Shown here in pieces: positions 17,853 through 28,376 of a stretch of 52,240 nt of DNA (positions within the stretch are counted from its first letter, which is position 1; every line of letters starts with the position of its first letter). Made by a program: the position numbers and the translations under genes. Location: the NCBI GenBank assembly GCA_045590735.1, contig JAZNRQ010000086.1, positions 1 to 52,240 on the forward strand. The letters run 5' to 3'. The DNA is from Faecousia sp. GTDB lineage: Bacteria > Bacillota > Clostridia > Oscillospirales > Oscillospiraceae. A model generated the notes under the pieces. The model did not search any database and had not been told where the DNA came from. It worked only from the letters and a program-made list of their open reading frames with translations.

Positions 17853-19037
17853 TTAATCTCTGAAATACAGATCCCGGGTATAGACCTTTTCCGGTACATC
17901 TGCAAGATCCGTGTGGAAGCGGTTTGCAATAATAATATCGGACATTTCTTTAAAGGCTTTCAGATCCCGGATCACACGGCTGTTAAAAAAGTGGTCTTCT
18001 TTCATTGTCGGCTCATAGATCACAACTTCGATTCCCTTTGCCTTGATGCGCTTCATAACGCCCTGCACAGAGGATTGCCGGAAATTGTCGCTACCGGCCT
18101 TCATCGTCAGACGGTACACACCCACCACTTTCGGTTTCTTTGCTATGATCTGATCCGCAATGAAATCCTTTCGGGTGCCGTTGGCAGACACAATGGCAGA
18201 AATAATATTCTGGGGAACATCGTTATAGTTTGCCAGCAGCTGTTTTGTATCCTTTGGCAAACAATATCCTCCATATCCAAAGGACGGATTATTGTAGTGA
18301 TCCCCAACTCTGGGATCCAGACACACACCTTCAATGATGGATTTTGTATCCAACTCTCTGACCGCCGCATAGGTATCCAGTTCATTGAAGAAGGATACCC
18401 GCAGTGCCAAATATGTGTTGGCAAATAATTTAACTGCCTCCGCCTCTGTAGGATTCATATAGCGAACGGGAACATCCTCTTTGATGGCTCCCTGCAGCAG
18501 CAGCGCCGCAAACGTCTCTGCCGCCTTGTGAAGTCTGGCATTTTTGACCGGAACACCTACAATAATGCGGCTGGGATACAAATTGTCATACAACGCCCTG
18601 CCTTCCCGCAAAAATTCGGGACTAAACAGCAAATTGTCGCAATACAATTCCTGCCGAAGCTGCTCGGTAAAGCCAACCGGAACTGTTGATTTTATAATCA
18701 TCACCGCGTCCGGGTTGACGCTGATCACCTGCTTGATCACCGCCTCCACAGAAGATGTATCAAAATGGTTCTTTCCGGGATCATAGTTTGTGGGGGTTGC
18801 GATAATCACCAATTCCGCATCCCGGTAAGCAGTTTCTCCGTCCGTGGTTGCTTTCAGATCCAAATCTTTTGTTTGTAAATATTCCTGAATTTCCTTGTCC
18901 ACAATGGGAGAACGGCCATCGTTGATCATTGCCACCTTTTGGGCAACAATATCAACAGCTGTAACTGTATTGTGCTGTGCCAGCAACACCGCCATAGATA
19001 GGCCCACATAGCCTGTACCTGCAACTGCAATTTTCAT
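17853..19037 (-). CDS. ugd: UDP-glucose 6-dehydrogenase
   Basis: [30 protein letters not shown] and KVYTRD motifs. Confidence 0.97.
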   Translation of the reverse strand: MKIAVAGTGYVGLSMAVLLAQHNTVTAVDIVAQKVAMINDGRSPIVDKEIQEYLQTKDLDLKATTDGETAYRDAELVIIATPTNYDPGKNHFDTSSVEAVIKQVISVNPDAVMIIKSTVPVGFTEQLRQELYCDNLLFSPEFLREGRALYDNLYPSRIIVGVPVKNARLHKAAETFAALLLQGAIKEDVPVRYMNPTEAEAVKLFANTYLALRVSFFNELDTYAAVRELDTKSIIEGVCLDPRVGDHYNNPSFGYGGYCLPKDTKQLLANYNDVPQNIISAIVSANGTRKDFIADQIIAKKPKVVGVYRLTMKAGSDNFRQSSVQGVMKRIKAKGIEVVIYEPTMKEDHFFNSRVIRDLKAFKEMSDIIIANRFHTDLADVPEKVYTRDLYFRD

Positions 19038-19120
19038 CGTAATTTTTTCCTTTCCTGAATTATGATGTCGTTGTTACAGTCCCTACGAGTGCTTCTCCAT
19101 GGCCACTGTTCCCGGCATTT

Positions 19121-20191
19121 TTACATATAAAATTCTTTGTACCACTGGGCGAAACGGCGCAGGCCTTCCCGCAAGGTGGTGTTGGGACGGAACCCGAAAT
19201 CCCGTTCCAGAGGATCGGTGTCCGCATAGGTCACCGGCACATCACCGGGCTGCATAGGCACCAATTCCTTGTGTGCTTCAAAATCATAATCGGACGGCAG
19301 CACACCGGCAGCGATCAGCTCCTGCTGCAAAATGTCCACAAAATCCAGCAGGTTCTCCGGACTGGAATTGCCGATGTTATAAACCCGGTACGGAGGCAAG
19401 GGCAATCCGTCCTCGCCGTTTTGCTTTTGGGGCGCATTTTGCATCACATGCTTGACACCGGTGACGATGTCATCCACATAAGTAAAGTCCCGCTTGCAAT
19501 TACCGAAATTGAAGATCTGAATGGTCTCCCCTTTTCTCAGCTTGTTGGTAAAGCCAAAATATGCCATATCCGGGCGGCCGGCAGGTCCGTAAACCGTAAA
19601 GAACCGCAGACCGGTAGAGGGGATATTGTAAAGCTTGGAGTAGGAATGTGCCAGCAGCTCATTACTCTTTTTGGTGGCTGCGTAGAGAGATACCGGGTTG
19701 TCCACCTTATCGTCGGTGGAATAAGGCACTTTCTTATTGGAGCCGTAAACGGAGCTGGAGCTGGCATAGACCAGATGCTCCACCGGGTAATTCCGGCAGC
19801 TCTCCAGGATATTGTAAAAACCGATCAGATTGCTCTGAATATAGGCATCCGGGTTGGTAATGGAATACCGGACACCGGCCTGTGCCGCCAGATTCACCAC
19901 CACCGCAAAACGGTGCTTTTCAAAAAGTCTGTCCAGCATCGGCTTGTCCGCAATATCGCCTTTGACGAATTCCCAGCGGGATTCGGGATGCTCTGCGGCA
20001 ACCTTTTCAATTTCCTGCAGCCGAAAATCCTTCAGTGCCACATCGTAGTAATTGTTTAAGTTATCAAGACCCACCACCGTTACAGGCTCTACGGTTCGCA
20101 AAAGCTCCATCACCAGGTTCGCACCGATGAAGCCAGCGGCACCGGTGACCAGAATCACCTTATTTTGAAGGTTTACATTGGGTGTCAGCAT
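19121..20191 (-). CDS. UDP-glucuronate 4-epimerase-like NAD-dependent epimerase
   Basis: TGAAGFIG, LAAQAGVRYS, YAATKK, GRPDMA and MQPGDV motifs. Confidence 0.9.
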   Translation of the reverse strand: MLTPNVNLQNKVILVTGAAGFIGANLVMELLRTVEPVTVVGLDNLNNYYDVALKDFRLQEIEKVAAEHPESRWEFVKGDIADKPMLDRLFEKHRFAVVVNLAAQAGVRYSITNPDAYIQSNLIGFYNILESCRNYPVEHLVYASSSSVYGSNKKVPYSTDDKVDNPVSLYAATKKSNELLAHSYSKLYNIPSTGLRFFTVYGPAGRPDMAYFGFTNKLRKGETIQIFNFGNCKRDFTYVDDIVTGVKHVMQNAPQKQNGEDGLPLPPYRVYNIGNSSPENLLDFVDILQQELIAAGVLPSDYDFEAHKELVPMQPGDVPVTYADTDPLERDFGFRPNTTLREGLRRFAQWYKEFYM

Positions 20192-20192
20192 A

Positions 20193-21356
20193 TCAGAATT
20201 TTCTCCAAACCATTTTATTGACCACACCGGTGTAAGACTGGATCAGCTTTACCACCTTGGTGGAAACATTTTCCTCCACATAGTCGGGAACGGGAATACC
20301 GTTATCACCGCTTTTCACCATTTCCACAGCCGTATCCACTGCCTGCAGCAGGGACTTTTCATCGATACCTGCCAACACGAAGCAAGCCTTGTCCAATGCT
20401 TCGGGACGCTCGGTGGAGGTACGGATGCACACTGCCGGGAAGGGCTTGCCGATGGATGTAAAGAACCTGCTTTCCTCCGGCAGCGTACCGCTGTCGGACA
20501 CCACTGCAAAGGCGTTCATCTGCAGGCAGTTGTAGTCGTGGAAGCCCATAGGCTCCTGACGGTTCACCCGCTTGTCCAGCACAAAACCGGAAGCATCCAG
20601 CCGGTTGCGGCTTCTGGGATGGCAGGAATACAGAATGGGCATATCGTATTTTTCCGCCATTTTATTGATAGCAGTAAAGAGAGAGTTAAAGTTCTTTTCT
20701 GTGTCGATATTTTCCTCACGGTGGGCAGACAGCAGAATATACTTGCCCTTCTCAAGACCCAAACGGGCGTGAATATCGCTTGCCTCGATCTGCGGCAGGT
20801 TATTATGCAGCACCTCTGCCATAGGAGAACCGGTCACATAGGTGCGCTCCTTAGGCAGACCGTTATCCGACAAATACCGGCGGGCGTGCTCAGAATAGCA
20901 CATATTCACATCGGAAATGATGTCCACGATCCGGCGGTTTGTCTCCTCCGGCAGGCACTCATCCTTACAGCGGTTGCCCGCTTCCATGTGGAAAATGGGG
21001 ATATGCAGCCGCTTTGCACCGATAACAGACAGACAGGAGTTGGTATCGCCCAGCACCAGCACCGCGTCCGGCTGGACCTCCACCATCAGCTGATAGGATT
21101 TGGCAATAATGTTACCCATAGTCTCACCCAGGTCACTGCCAACTGCATTTAAGTAAACATCCGGGTCTTCCAGCTGCAGGTCCTTGAAGAACACACCATT
21201 TAAGTTATAGTCGTAGTTCTGACCGGTGTGTGCCAAAAGGGTATCAAAATACTTGCGGCACTTGGTAATTACCGCTGCCAGACGAATGATCTCCGGGCGG
21301 GTGCCCACAATGATCAGAAGCTTTAGTTTGCCATTATTTTTGAAGCCTTTATTCAT
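20193..21356 (-). CDS. fnlC: UDP-N-acetylhexosamine 2-epimerase (FnlC/Cap5G/WbjD type)
   Basis: GTRPEIIRL, HTGQNYD, HMEAGNRC, SDSGT and ERPE motifs; ATGA overlap with the upstream gene. Confidence 0.9.
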   Translation of the reverse strand: MNKGFKNNGKLKLLIIVGTRPEIIRLAAVITKCRKYFDTLLAHTGQNYDYNLNGVFFKDLQLEDPDVYLNAVGSDLGETMGNIIAKSYQLMVEVQPDAVLVLGDTNSCLSVIGAKRLHIPIFHMEAGNRCKDECLPEETNRRIVDIISDVNMCYSEHARRYLSDNGLPKERTYVTGSPMAEVLHNNLPQIEASDIHARLGLEKGKYILLSAHREENIDTEKNFNSLFTAINKMAEKYDMPILYSCHPRSRNRLDASGFVLDKRVNRQEPMGFHDYNCLQMNAFAVVSDSGTLPEESRFFTSIGKPFPAVCIRTSTERPEALDKACFVLAGIDEKSLLQAVDTAVEMVKSGDNGIPVPDYVEENVSTKVVKLIQSYTGVVNKMVWRKF

Positions 21357-22399
21357 TTTGCCAAATCCTTTCGTTTCTTTCGGGACAGCACTCCCACCGT
21401 ATGATAGGAAACCATCGCCAAAATAATTGTAATTATGGCAGCTGCAAACACTGCCCATATTTTTCCTTTAAAGCCCAACTGAATCAGCCCATTGACCACA
21501 ATCATATGGTAAATGAAGATTCCGTAGGAATAGTCGTTCTTTATTCTGATTTTTGGGAACGAATATGCAAAGCCGATGATCGCCGGTGCCATCAAGCTGC
21601 ACTTAAGCAGCCCATATATTACAGTAATATCGAAATCCGCAATCACCACTGCCGCCGCCAGCACAAGGAATATAGGCCAAAGCCTTTTAAGCCATTTTAT
21701 ACAGTAATCAAAAAATTCATTGATTGCCATTCCAAACAAAAACAGCCAAAAAAACGGAATCATCGTCTGCCGGAACAGCTTGGCTACCACAGCAACAGGA
21801 AGCTTACTCACTGCCACAGGACTGAAATTCAAAACAATCCCCAGCAGCAGGGCAACAACCCATCGCCATATACTTTTTCCGTGCAAAAGCGGATACAGTA
21901 GCCACATCACCAGATATGCCTGCAACATTACCAAAATTGTTGGCAAAGACCCATTGGGGGTACCACAGCCGTAATCCCGCAAAAAATCCGGTGTCCAAAA
22001 TTGCAAGAAGCTTCCTTGCGTTACCTGAAATACCAGATAGGACCCCCATTTTATTTGGGAACCAAAAAGTACGATAATAAGTACAAAATTCAGCAGCACA
22101 CCGCCCCACAGTTCCGGATACAGTCGAAAAATTCTCTTTTTGCAAAACTGTTTAAAATCTTTTGTCCGCTGAATGGAATCCCAGATCAGAAAGCCGCTGA
22201 GAACATAAAATACCGGCACGCCCTGTAACACCGACAGCAAATCAAAAACAAAATCCGGAACCACATTCACATCCAGGTGTGCCTGCGCATGACCCAGAAA
22301 CACCTGAATCGCAGCAAGCAATCGGATAAGGTTGATGCAATTGCTGTCCGATCTGCGTGTCCCTCTCTCTTCCGTCAAATCATTGCCGCACACGACCAT
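21353..22399 (-). CDS. Membrane O-acyltransferase (acyltransferase_3/OafA family)
   Basis: RLLAAIQVFLGH, FYVLSGFL, KRIFRLYP, NGSL and SYGIFIYH motifs; multiple TM segments. Confidence 0.9.
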   Translation of the reverse strand: MVVCGNDLTEERGTRRSDSNCINLIRLLAAIQVFLGHAQAHLDVNVVPDFVFDLLSVLQGVPVFYVLSGFLIWDSIQRTKDFKQFCKKRIFRLYPELWGGVLLNFVLIIVLFGSQIKWGSYLVFQVTQGSFLQFWTPDFLRDYGCGTPNGSLPTILVMLQAYLVMWLLYPLLHGKSIWRWVVALLLGIVLNFSPVAVSKLPVAVVAKLFRQTMIPFFWLFLFGMAINEFFDYCIKWLKRLWPIFLVLAAAVVIADFDITVIYGLLKCSLMAPAIIGFAYSFPKIRIKNDYSYGIFIYHMIVVNGLIQLGFKGKIWAVFAAAIITIILAMVSYHTVGVLSRKKRKDLAK

Positions 22400-22419
22400 T
22401 CGTATGTCAACTCCTGCAC

Positions 22420-23616
22420 TTATACAACTTCAAAGAATGTGTCCGGTTTGCCCGGATCAAACTGCTCATTTGCCCACATAACCGTCACCAGATCCTGGGT
22501 ATCGCTCAGGTTGATAATGTTATGGGTGTAGCCGGGCAGCATATGCACCGCCTGGATCTTTTCACCGGAAACTTCAAAGTTCAGCACTTCATCGCTGCCG
22601 ATCTTCCGCTGCTGGATCAGCGCGCGACCTGCCACCACAATGAAAAATTCCCATTTGGTGTTGTGCCAATGCTGACCTTTGGTGATTCCTGGCTTAGAGA
22701 TATTCACAGAAAACTGACCACAATTGACCGTTTTCAAAAGCTCCGTAAAGCTGCCCCGGTCGTCGCAGTTCATTTTCAGATCGAAGATCGCACCCTCCTT
22801 GGGCAAGTAGCTCAGGTAGGTAGAATAGAGTTTTTTTGCAAAGGAATTATGAGGAATCTCCGGCATTACCAGCGTATTCGGCTGATTCTTGAAGGTATTC
22901 AGCAGCTCCACGATCTCACCCAGGGTCACCTTGTGGGTGACAGGGGCGGCGCAGTAACGGCCATTTTCGGTCAGCACCGTTTCCACACCGTCATATTCGC
23001 AGTGATGCTCCTTCCCTTCCAGCGCATCCAGCATTTCATCCACCAGATCGTCAATGTACAAAAGCTCCAGCTGCACAGCCGGATCATTGACCTGAATGGG
23101 CAGGTCGTTTGCGATATTATTGCAGAAAGTGGCAACGGCACTGTTGTAATTGGGGCGGCACCACTTGCCGAACAGGTTGGGAAAACGGTACACCAGTACT
23201 TTTGCGCCGGTTTCCTTGCCGTAATCAAAGAACAGCTCCTCACCTGCCAGCTTGCTCTTGCCGTAATCCGACTGACCGTAGCGACCAATCAGGGTTGCTT
23301 GGATGGATGAGGACAGCATCACCGGGCAGGTGTTGCCGCAGGCTTTCAGCGTATCCAGCAAGGTGCTGGCAAAGCCGAAGTTGCCCTGCATAAATTCCTC
23401 TTGATTCTGAGGGCGGTTCACACCTGCCAGATTGAATACAAAATCCGCTTTAGCGCAGAATTCTTTCAGCAGCGCAGGATCGGTATCAATATCATATTCA
23501 TAGATCTCCTGAATCTGTATGTTCCGGGTGCGGTTCTTACCGTCCCGGATAGTTTTCAGATTCTCCGTCAGGTTACGACCTACAAAACCGGCTGCGCCGG
23601 TAATTAAAATATTCAT
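22420..23616 (-). CDS. fnlB: UDP-2-acetamido-2,6-dideoxy-beta-L-lyxo-hex-4-ulose reductase (FnlB/CapF/WbjC)
   Basis: LAGVNRP, GKWCRPNYNS and the cupin tail PGITKGQHWH. Confidence 0.92.
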   Translation of the reverse strand: MNILITGAAGFVGRNLTENLKTIRDGKNRTRNIQIQEIYEYDIDTDPALLKEFCAKADFVFNLAGVNRPQNQEEFMQGNFGFASTLLDTLKACGNTCPVMLSSSIQATLIGRYGQSDYGKSKLAGEELFFDYGKETGAKVLVYRFPNLFGKWCRPNYNSAVATFCNNIANDLPIQVNDPAVQLELLYIDDLVDEMLDALEGKEHHCEYDGVETVLTENGRYCAAPVTHKVTLGEIVELLNTFKNQPNTLVMPEIPHNSFAKKLYSTYLSYLPKEGAIFDLKMNCDDRGSFTELLKTVNCGQFSVNISKPGITKGQHWHNTKWEFFIVVAGRALIQQRKIGSDEVLNFEVSGEKIQAVHMLPGYTHNIINLSDTQDLVTVMWANEQFDPGKPDTFFEVV

Positions 23617-24236
23617 TTGCTCTCCTCCAGCACACTTTGGATTTTATTCTTCACTAAATCAAAGGCGGTGTCGTTCATACCACCGTTAATAATAATGTCC
23701 GCATAAACTTTGGTGGGTTCCACGTATGTATTGTGCATCGGCTTGACCGTGGCAAGGTACTGGGCAATAATGCCGTCCAGATCTCTACCCCGCTCCCGCA
23801 TATCCCGGCGGGCCCGGCGCAAGATCCGCTCGTCCGCATCGGTCTCCACATAGATGCGCATATCCATCAGCTCCCGCAGCTGTGGTTCTACAAAGATCAG
23901 GATTCCGTCAATAAGTACCACCGGCTTTGCTTCGATCTCCAACACCCGGTCACTGCGGTCGTGCTGGGTGAAATCGTACACCGGACAGGCAATGTCCTTG
24001 CCGGATTTCAGTTCCCGGATCTGACGGATCATCAGATCAAACTCAAAGGCCTCCGGGGAATCGTAATTCTGCAATTTCCGTTCCTCAAAGGGCATATCGT
24101 GCCGTGCCAGATAGTAATTATCGCAGCTGACCAGCGCAATATCCTCCGGAAACCGCTCCTTCAGCCGTCCGGCAAAGGTGGATTTTCCCGAACCGCTGCC
24201 GCCGGCAATACCAATTACAAATACATCTTTTGCCAT
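23613..24236 (-). CDS. udk: Uridine kinase
   Basis: IGIAGGSGSGKST P-loop, NYDSP, RRARRD..ERGR, VKPMH..YVEPTK.YADII. Confidence 0.95.
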   Translation of the reverse strand: MAKDVFVIGIAGGSGSGKSTFAGRLKERFPEDIALVSCDNYYLARHDMPFEERKLQNYDSPEAFEFDLMIRQIRELKSGKDIACPVYDFTQHDRSDRVLEIEAKPVVLIDGILIFVEPQLRELMDMRIYVETDADERILRRARRDMRERGRDLDGIIAQYLATVKPMHNTYVEPTKVYADIIINGGMNDTAFDLVKNKIQSVLEESK

Positions 24237-24262
24237 ACCCTGATCTCCTCGTGTACCTCTTC

Positions 24263-24409
24263 AAGTTCCAATTTATCGAGTTGTTTCGATACACCTTGTC
24301 ATTCTGAGCGAAAGCGAAGAATCCGTATTCTCCTTGAGATTGCCACGCCAGTTTGCGAACTGGTTCGCAATGACAACGAAAATTGTAATCGCTCGATAAA
24401 CCGGAATTT
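24263..24409. repeat. REPIN/MITE-like element, copy D (chimera of A and C parts)
   Basis: Outer IRs at 24263-24281 and 24391-24409; interior is the reverse complement of copy C's right part joined to copy A's right-end spacer. Confidence 0.9.
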
Positions 24410-24430
24410 AGTATTGGATGCCCTGCTTGT

Positions 24431-24545
24431 CCGTTTGCGATACTCGGTGCCCTCGTCGGTGGCGGAGCACCTTCCTCGTTCACCGATCGCGGCACCCACT
24501 ACGCCTGCACTTTATCTGCCACCGGCAGCGTGCAGGCTCGTGCCC
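24431..24545. repeat. GC-rich multi-hairpin element overlapping the fnlA 3' end
   Basis: Nested stems GCCTGCAC/GTGCAGGC, CTGCC/GGCAG and GCGAT..CGGTG/CACCGATCGC; single copy in this window, so repeat status is inferred. Confidence 0.45.
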
Positions 24546-25570
24546 AGTTCGTCCCGGATGTACTGAAGGGAGAGCAGCTTTTGCTTGACCTGCTCTACGT
24601 TCAGAAGCTCCGTATTGTGGGAGTTAAACTCGGTAAGGGGGTTGCGCTCCTTGTCACCGTCCTTGAAATACTTGTCGTAGTTAAGGCCCCGGTTGTCACA
24701 GGGAACACGGTAGAATTCACCCATATCGATGGCATTGGCACATTCCTCGTTGGTGAGCAATGTTTCGTACATCTTCTCACCGTGACGGATGCCAATAACT
24801 TTGATTTCGTGACCGGGGGCAAACAGGCCGGTCACTGCCTGTGCCAGCACCTCGATAGTGCAAGCCGGTGCTTTCTGCACCAAAATATCACCGGAAATGC
24901 CGTTTTCAAAGGCAAACAGCACCAGATCCACCGCCTCGTCCAAAGACATAATGAACCGGGTCATAGAAGGCTCGGTGATGGTAATGGGGTTGCCGGCCTT
25001 GATCTGATCGATCCACAGAGGGATAACGCTGCCACGGCTGCACATAACGTTGCCGTAACGGGTGCAGCAGATCTTGGTCTTTTCGGGAGCGACGGTGCGG
25101 CTTTTTGCCACAATGACCTTCTCCATCATCGCCTTGGAGGTACCCATGGCATTGACGGGGTATGCCGCCTTATCGGTAGACAGGCAGACGATGTTCTTGA
25201 CACCGGCTTCGATGGCTGCGGTCAGCACGTTTTCGGTGCCCAGCACATTGGTCTTCACCGCCTCGATGGGGAAGAACTCGCAGGAAGGCACCTGCTTCAG
25301 GGCTGCCGCGTGGAATATGTAGTCCACACCGTGCATTGCATTCTTCACGGATGCCAGATCCCGGACATCACCGATGTAGAACTTGATCTTCTCCGCCACC
25401 TCGGGCATTTTTGCCTGGAACTCGTGGCGCATATCGTCCTGCTTCTTCTCGTCACGGGAGAAGATGCGGATCTCACCGATATCGGTTTTCAGAAAGCGGT
25501 TCAACACCGCATTGCCAAAGCTACCGGTACCACCGGTGATCATCAGGGTCTTATCTTTAAAAAGTGACAT
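24512..25570 (-). CDS. fnlA: UDP-GlcNAc 4,6-dehydratase/epimerase (FnlA/CapE/WbjB)
   Basis: TGGTGSFG, SRDEKKQ, HAAALKQVPSCE, STDKA, RYGNVMCSRGSV and GIRHGEK motifs. Confidence 0.93.
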   Translation of the reverse strand: MSLFKDKTLMITGGTGSFGNAVLNRFLKTDIGEIRIFSRDEKKQDDMRHEFQAKMPEVAEKIKFYIGDVRDLASVKNAMHGVDYIFHAAALKQVPSCEFFPIEAVKTNVLGTENVLTAAIEAGVKNIVCLSTDKAAYPVNAMGTSKAMMEKVIVAKSRTVAPEKTKICCTRYGNVMCSRGSVIPLWIDQIKAGNPITITEPSMTRFIMSLDEAVDLVLFAFENGISGDILVQKAPACTIEVLAQAVTGLFAPGHEIKVIGIRHGEKMYETLLTNEECANAIDMGEFYRVPCDNRGLNYDKYFKDGDKERNPLTEFNSHNTELLNVEQVKQKLLSLQYIRDELGTSLHAAGGR

Positions 25571-25590
25571 AGGAATACTCCTCCTTTAAA

Positions 25591-26466
25591 TTACTCTTGT
25601 TCGCCGGAGGTAAGGGACAGCAAATACTGACCATACTCCGTCATTTTCAGTTCCTCGCCTAACTTTTTAAGCTGCTCTGTTGTAATAAAGCCCCGGCGCC
25701 AGGCGATCTCTTCGATACAGGACACGTAGAAGCCCTGGATCTGTTGCACAGCTTCCACAAATTCTGCCGCCCGGAGCATACCGTTCGGTGTGCCGGTATC
25801 GATCCACGCCATACCTCTGCCCAGCAGGGTCACATTCAATTCATTCATAGCAAGATAGGCATTATTCACAGCGGTGATCTCGATCTCTCCCCGCTGGGAG
25901 GGCTTTACCTGCTTTGCGATCTCCACAACCCGGTTATCGTAAAAATACAAACCGGGGATAGCATAATTTGACTTGGGGTTTTCCGGTTTTTCTTCGATAG
26001 AAATAACCTTATGATTCTCATCAAATTCTACAACACCGAATGCCCGGGGATCTTTCACCGGATAACCAAAAATGGTTGCACCGTTTTCATTTGCCATTGC
26101 TTTTTTCAGCACCCGGGTCATATTTGGACCGTAAAATACATTGTCGCCCAAAATCAGGCACACACTGTCGTCCCCGATAAACGATTCACCCAGGATGAAC
26201 GCATCTGCCAAGCCTCTGGGGGTTTCCTGCACCTTATAAGAAATGGAGATACCGATTCGACTGCCATCACCCAGCAGCTTTTCGTACACCGGGGTATCCT
26301 CCGGTGTGGAGATAATCAGAACTTCCCCAATACTTGCCAGAAGCAAAATGGAAAGCGGATAGTAAATCAGCGGCTTATCATAGATCGGCAGCAGCTGTTT
26401 GGAAACTGCCTTCGTCATAGGATAAAGGCGTGTCCCCTTACCGCCGGCAAGAATGATTCCTTTCAT
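25591..26466 (-). CDS. rmlA: Glucose-1-phosphate thymidylyltransferase
   Basis: [35 protein letters not shown] and WIDTGT motifs. Confidence 0.97.
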   Translation of the reverse strand: MKGIILAGGKGTRLYPMTKAVSKQLLPIYDKPLIYYPLSILLLASIGEVLIISTPEDTPVYEKLLGDGSRIGISISYKVQETPRGLADAFILGESFIGDDSVCLILGDNVFYGPNMTRVLKKAMANENGATIFGYPVKDPRAFGVVEFDENHKVISIEEKPENPKSNYAIPGLYFYDNRVVEIAKQVKPSQRGEIEITAVNNAYLAMNELNVTLLGRGMAWIDTGTPNGMLRAAEFVEAVQQIQGFYVSCIEEIAWRRGFITTEQLKKLGEELKMTEYGQYLLSLTSGEQE

Positions 26467-26516
26467 TTTCTTCCTCCTATGTATTACTGCTGAGCCATAA
26501 GGTCACGCAGCTACGA

Positions 26517-27614
26517 TCACTCCAGGATAATATCGCAGATACGATCCACATCCTCCACGGTCAGATCCGCAAACATGGGCAATGTGAGCACACAATCAGA
26601 AGCATGCTTTGCAACAGGTGTCTGCGCAACAGAAGCTGCATATTCTTCCTTGTAGCAAGTCAGCTCACTGGTCAAAGGCGCAAAATACTTTCTGGCAAAA
26701 ATATTATGCTCTGCCAGTTTTGCCTGAACCTGGTTGCGGTCCAGCTTATAGCCGTCAAAGAATACAGGATAGTAGGAATAGTTCTGGGTCACACCAGGCT
26801 GGGGCGCGATCAGACGAATGCCGGGCACACCGGACAGCCGTTCAGTATAGCGGTCAGCTGCAACCTTCCGCTTTGCAACTTCTTCCTCAAAATGACGCAG
26901 ATTGCAAATACCCATTGCCGCCTCAAACTCATTCATGCGGGCATTGGTACTGACATAGGCCACATCTGCATGGCTGCTGAAGCCAAAGTTGATCAGCAGA
27001 TTGGTCTTGTCCAGAATTTCCTTATCCTTAAATGCCGTAATGCCACCCTCAATGGTATGGAAAACCTTTGTTGCATGGCAGCTGAACATGGAGGCATCAC
27101 CGAAATTGGCAACACCCTTACCGTTGATCTTAACACCAAAGGCATGGGCAGCATCATAGATCACCTTAAGGTTGTGCTTCTTTGCGATGGCTTCGATCTT
27201 CTCCACATCGCAAACATAACCGTAAACATGGGTCGCTACGATCGCACAAGTCTTATCGGTAATATATTTTTCGATCTGATCCGCATCAATGGTATAATCC
27301 CGGTCATTCACATCGCAGAAAACAGGAGTCAGTCCATTGCGGACAATCGAATGGGTAGTAGAGCAATGTGTGTAAGGTGTAGTAATGACTTCACCCTCCA
27401 GGTCAAAGGCATCAATAGCCACCTCCAAACCTACATGTCCATTGGCAAATAGCGTCAGATAGGGTGTATCAAGATACTCTTTCAACTGCTGCTCAAAGGT
27501 CTTGTGCTTACTGCCTGCATTAGACAACCAGCGGCTTTCCCACAAATCCTTAATTTCCTCACAGTATTCTTCAAAACCAGGCATTGAAGAACGGGTTACA
27601 TTAATTCTTTCCAT
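26517..27614 (-). CDS. vioA: DegT/DnrJ sugar aminotransferase, VioA-like (dTDP-4-amino-4,6-dideoxyglucose)
   Basis: IYDAAHAFG, SCHATKVFHTIEGG and ARKYF motifs; N-terminus of VioA type. Confidence 0.75.
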   Translation of the reverse strand: MERINVTRSSMPGFEEYCEEIKDLWESRWLSNAGSKHKTFEQQLKEYLDTPYLTLFANGHVGLEVAIDAFDLEGEVITTPYTHCSTTHSIVRNGLTPVFCDVNDRDYTIDADQIEKYITDKTCAIVATHVYGYVCDVEKIEAIAKKHNLKVIYDAAHAFGVKINGKGVANFGDASMFSCHATKVFHTIEGGITAFKDKEILDKTNLLINFGFSSHADVAYVSTNARMNEFEAAMGICNLRHFEEEVAKRKVAADRYTERLSGVPGIRLIAPQPGVTQNYSYYPVFFDGYKLDRNQVQAKLAEHNIFARKYFAPLTSELTCYKEEYAASVAQTPVAKHASDCVLTLPMFADLTVEDVDRICDIILE

Positions 27615-27833
27615 ATGAATTCCTCCTGAAATTATATCAAATATTCTTTTTTTGACTTGCTAAGCTTTCGTGTAACAAATGCTAACATCATTTTATACAC
27701 CATTGCAGCTATAACACAGCAACCGATCAGTATAAATAGTGTCAAATCTTTGACAAGTTTGTTGCTACAGTTCTGCTTCCAACCGTGCCAATAATGAAAG
27801 TATTCAATAAATATATCCCCAAGCTGATATCGC

Positions 27834-28376
27834 CTAAAAATTGCAGTCACTATCTGAAACAAAAGGAGCTTTCTCATCTTTTTCAGACAATATCAGTTCT
27901 GTCATCCCCCATTCAATACCAATTTGTGGATCATCGTATCGAATAGCTCTGTCATTTTCCGGGCTATAGAGATTATCCGCAAAGTATTCAATCATAGTGT
28001 TATCTTCCAAAGATATAACACCATGAGCAAAACCTCGAGGAATATACAGCTGCCGCTTATTCTCTGCCGACAGCTCCACCGCAACAAATTGAAGGTATGT
28101 AGGTGAACCTTTTCGCAAATCTACTGCATAATCCATAACTCTCCCGACAGTGCAACGAACTATTTTCGCCTGTGCCATAGGAGCATTTTGAAAATGGAGT
28201 CCACGGATTGTACCCTTCTTCGCAGAAAAAGCACAATTTTCCTGAATTGGAGTAAAGCGAATACCATTTTTCTCCAGGGTTTGCACATTCATCGCTTCAA
28301 AGAAAAAACCTCTGTCATCAGCAAATACCTTGGGCTCAATAATCTTTACATCGCTAATTTTCGTTTCCGTTATCAT
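27834..28376 (-). CDS. rmlC: dTDP-4-dehydrorhamnose 3,5-epimerase
   Basis: DDRGFFFE, GTIRGLHFQ, VDLRKGSPT, GFAHG and LSEKD motifs. Confidence 0.95.
   Translation of the reverse strand: MITETKISDVKIIEPKVFADDRGFFFEAMNVQTLEKNGIRFTPIQENCAFSAKKGTIRGLHFQNAPMAQAKIVRCTVGRVMDYAVDLRKGSPTYLQFVAVELSAENKRQLYIPRGFAHGVISLEDNTMIEYFADNLYSPENDRAIRYDDPQIGIEWGMTELILSEKDEKAPFVSDSDCNF

Noticed and set aside
24118-24499. Short ORFs across repeat elements (also 17387-17863 and 1658-2075)
   Set aside because: They translate the palindromic repeats and show no coding signals.
27632-27877. 81-aa ORF overlapping the rmlC 3' end
   Set aside because: No RBS and the start lies inside rmlC; at most a 3' remnant of a membrane protein, so not called as a gene.
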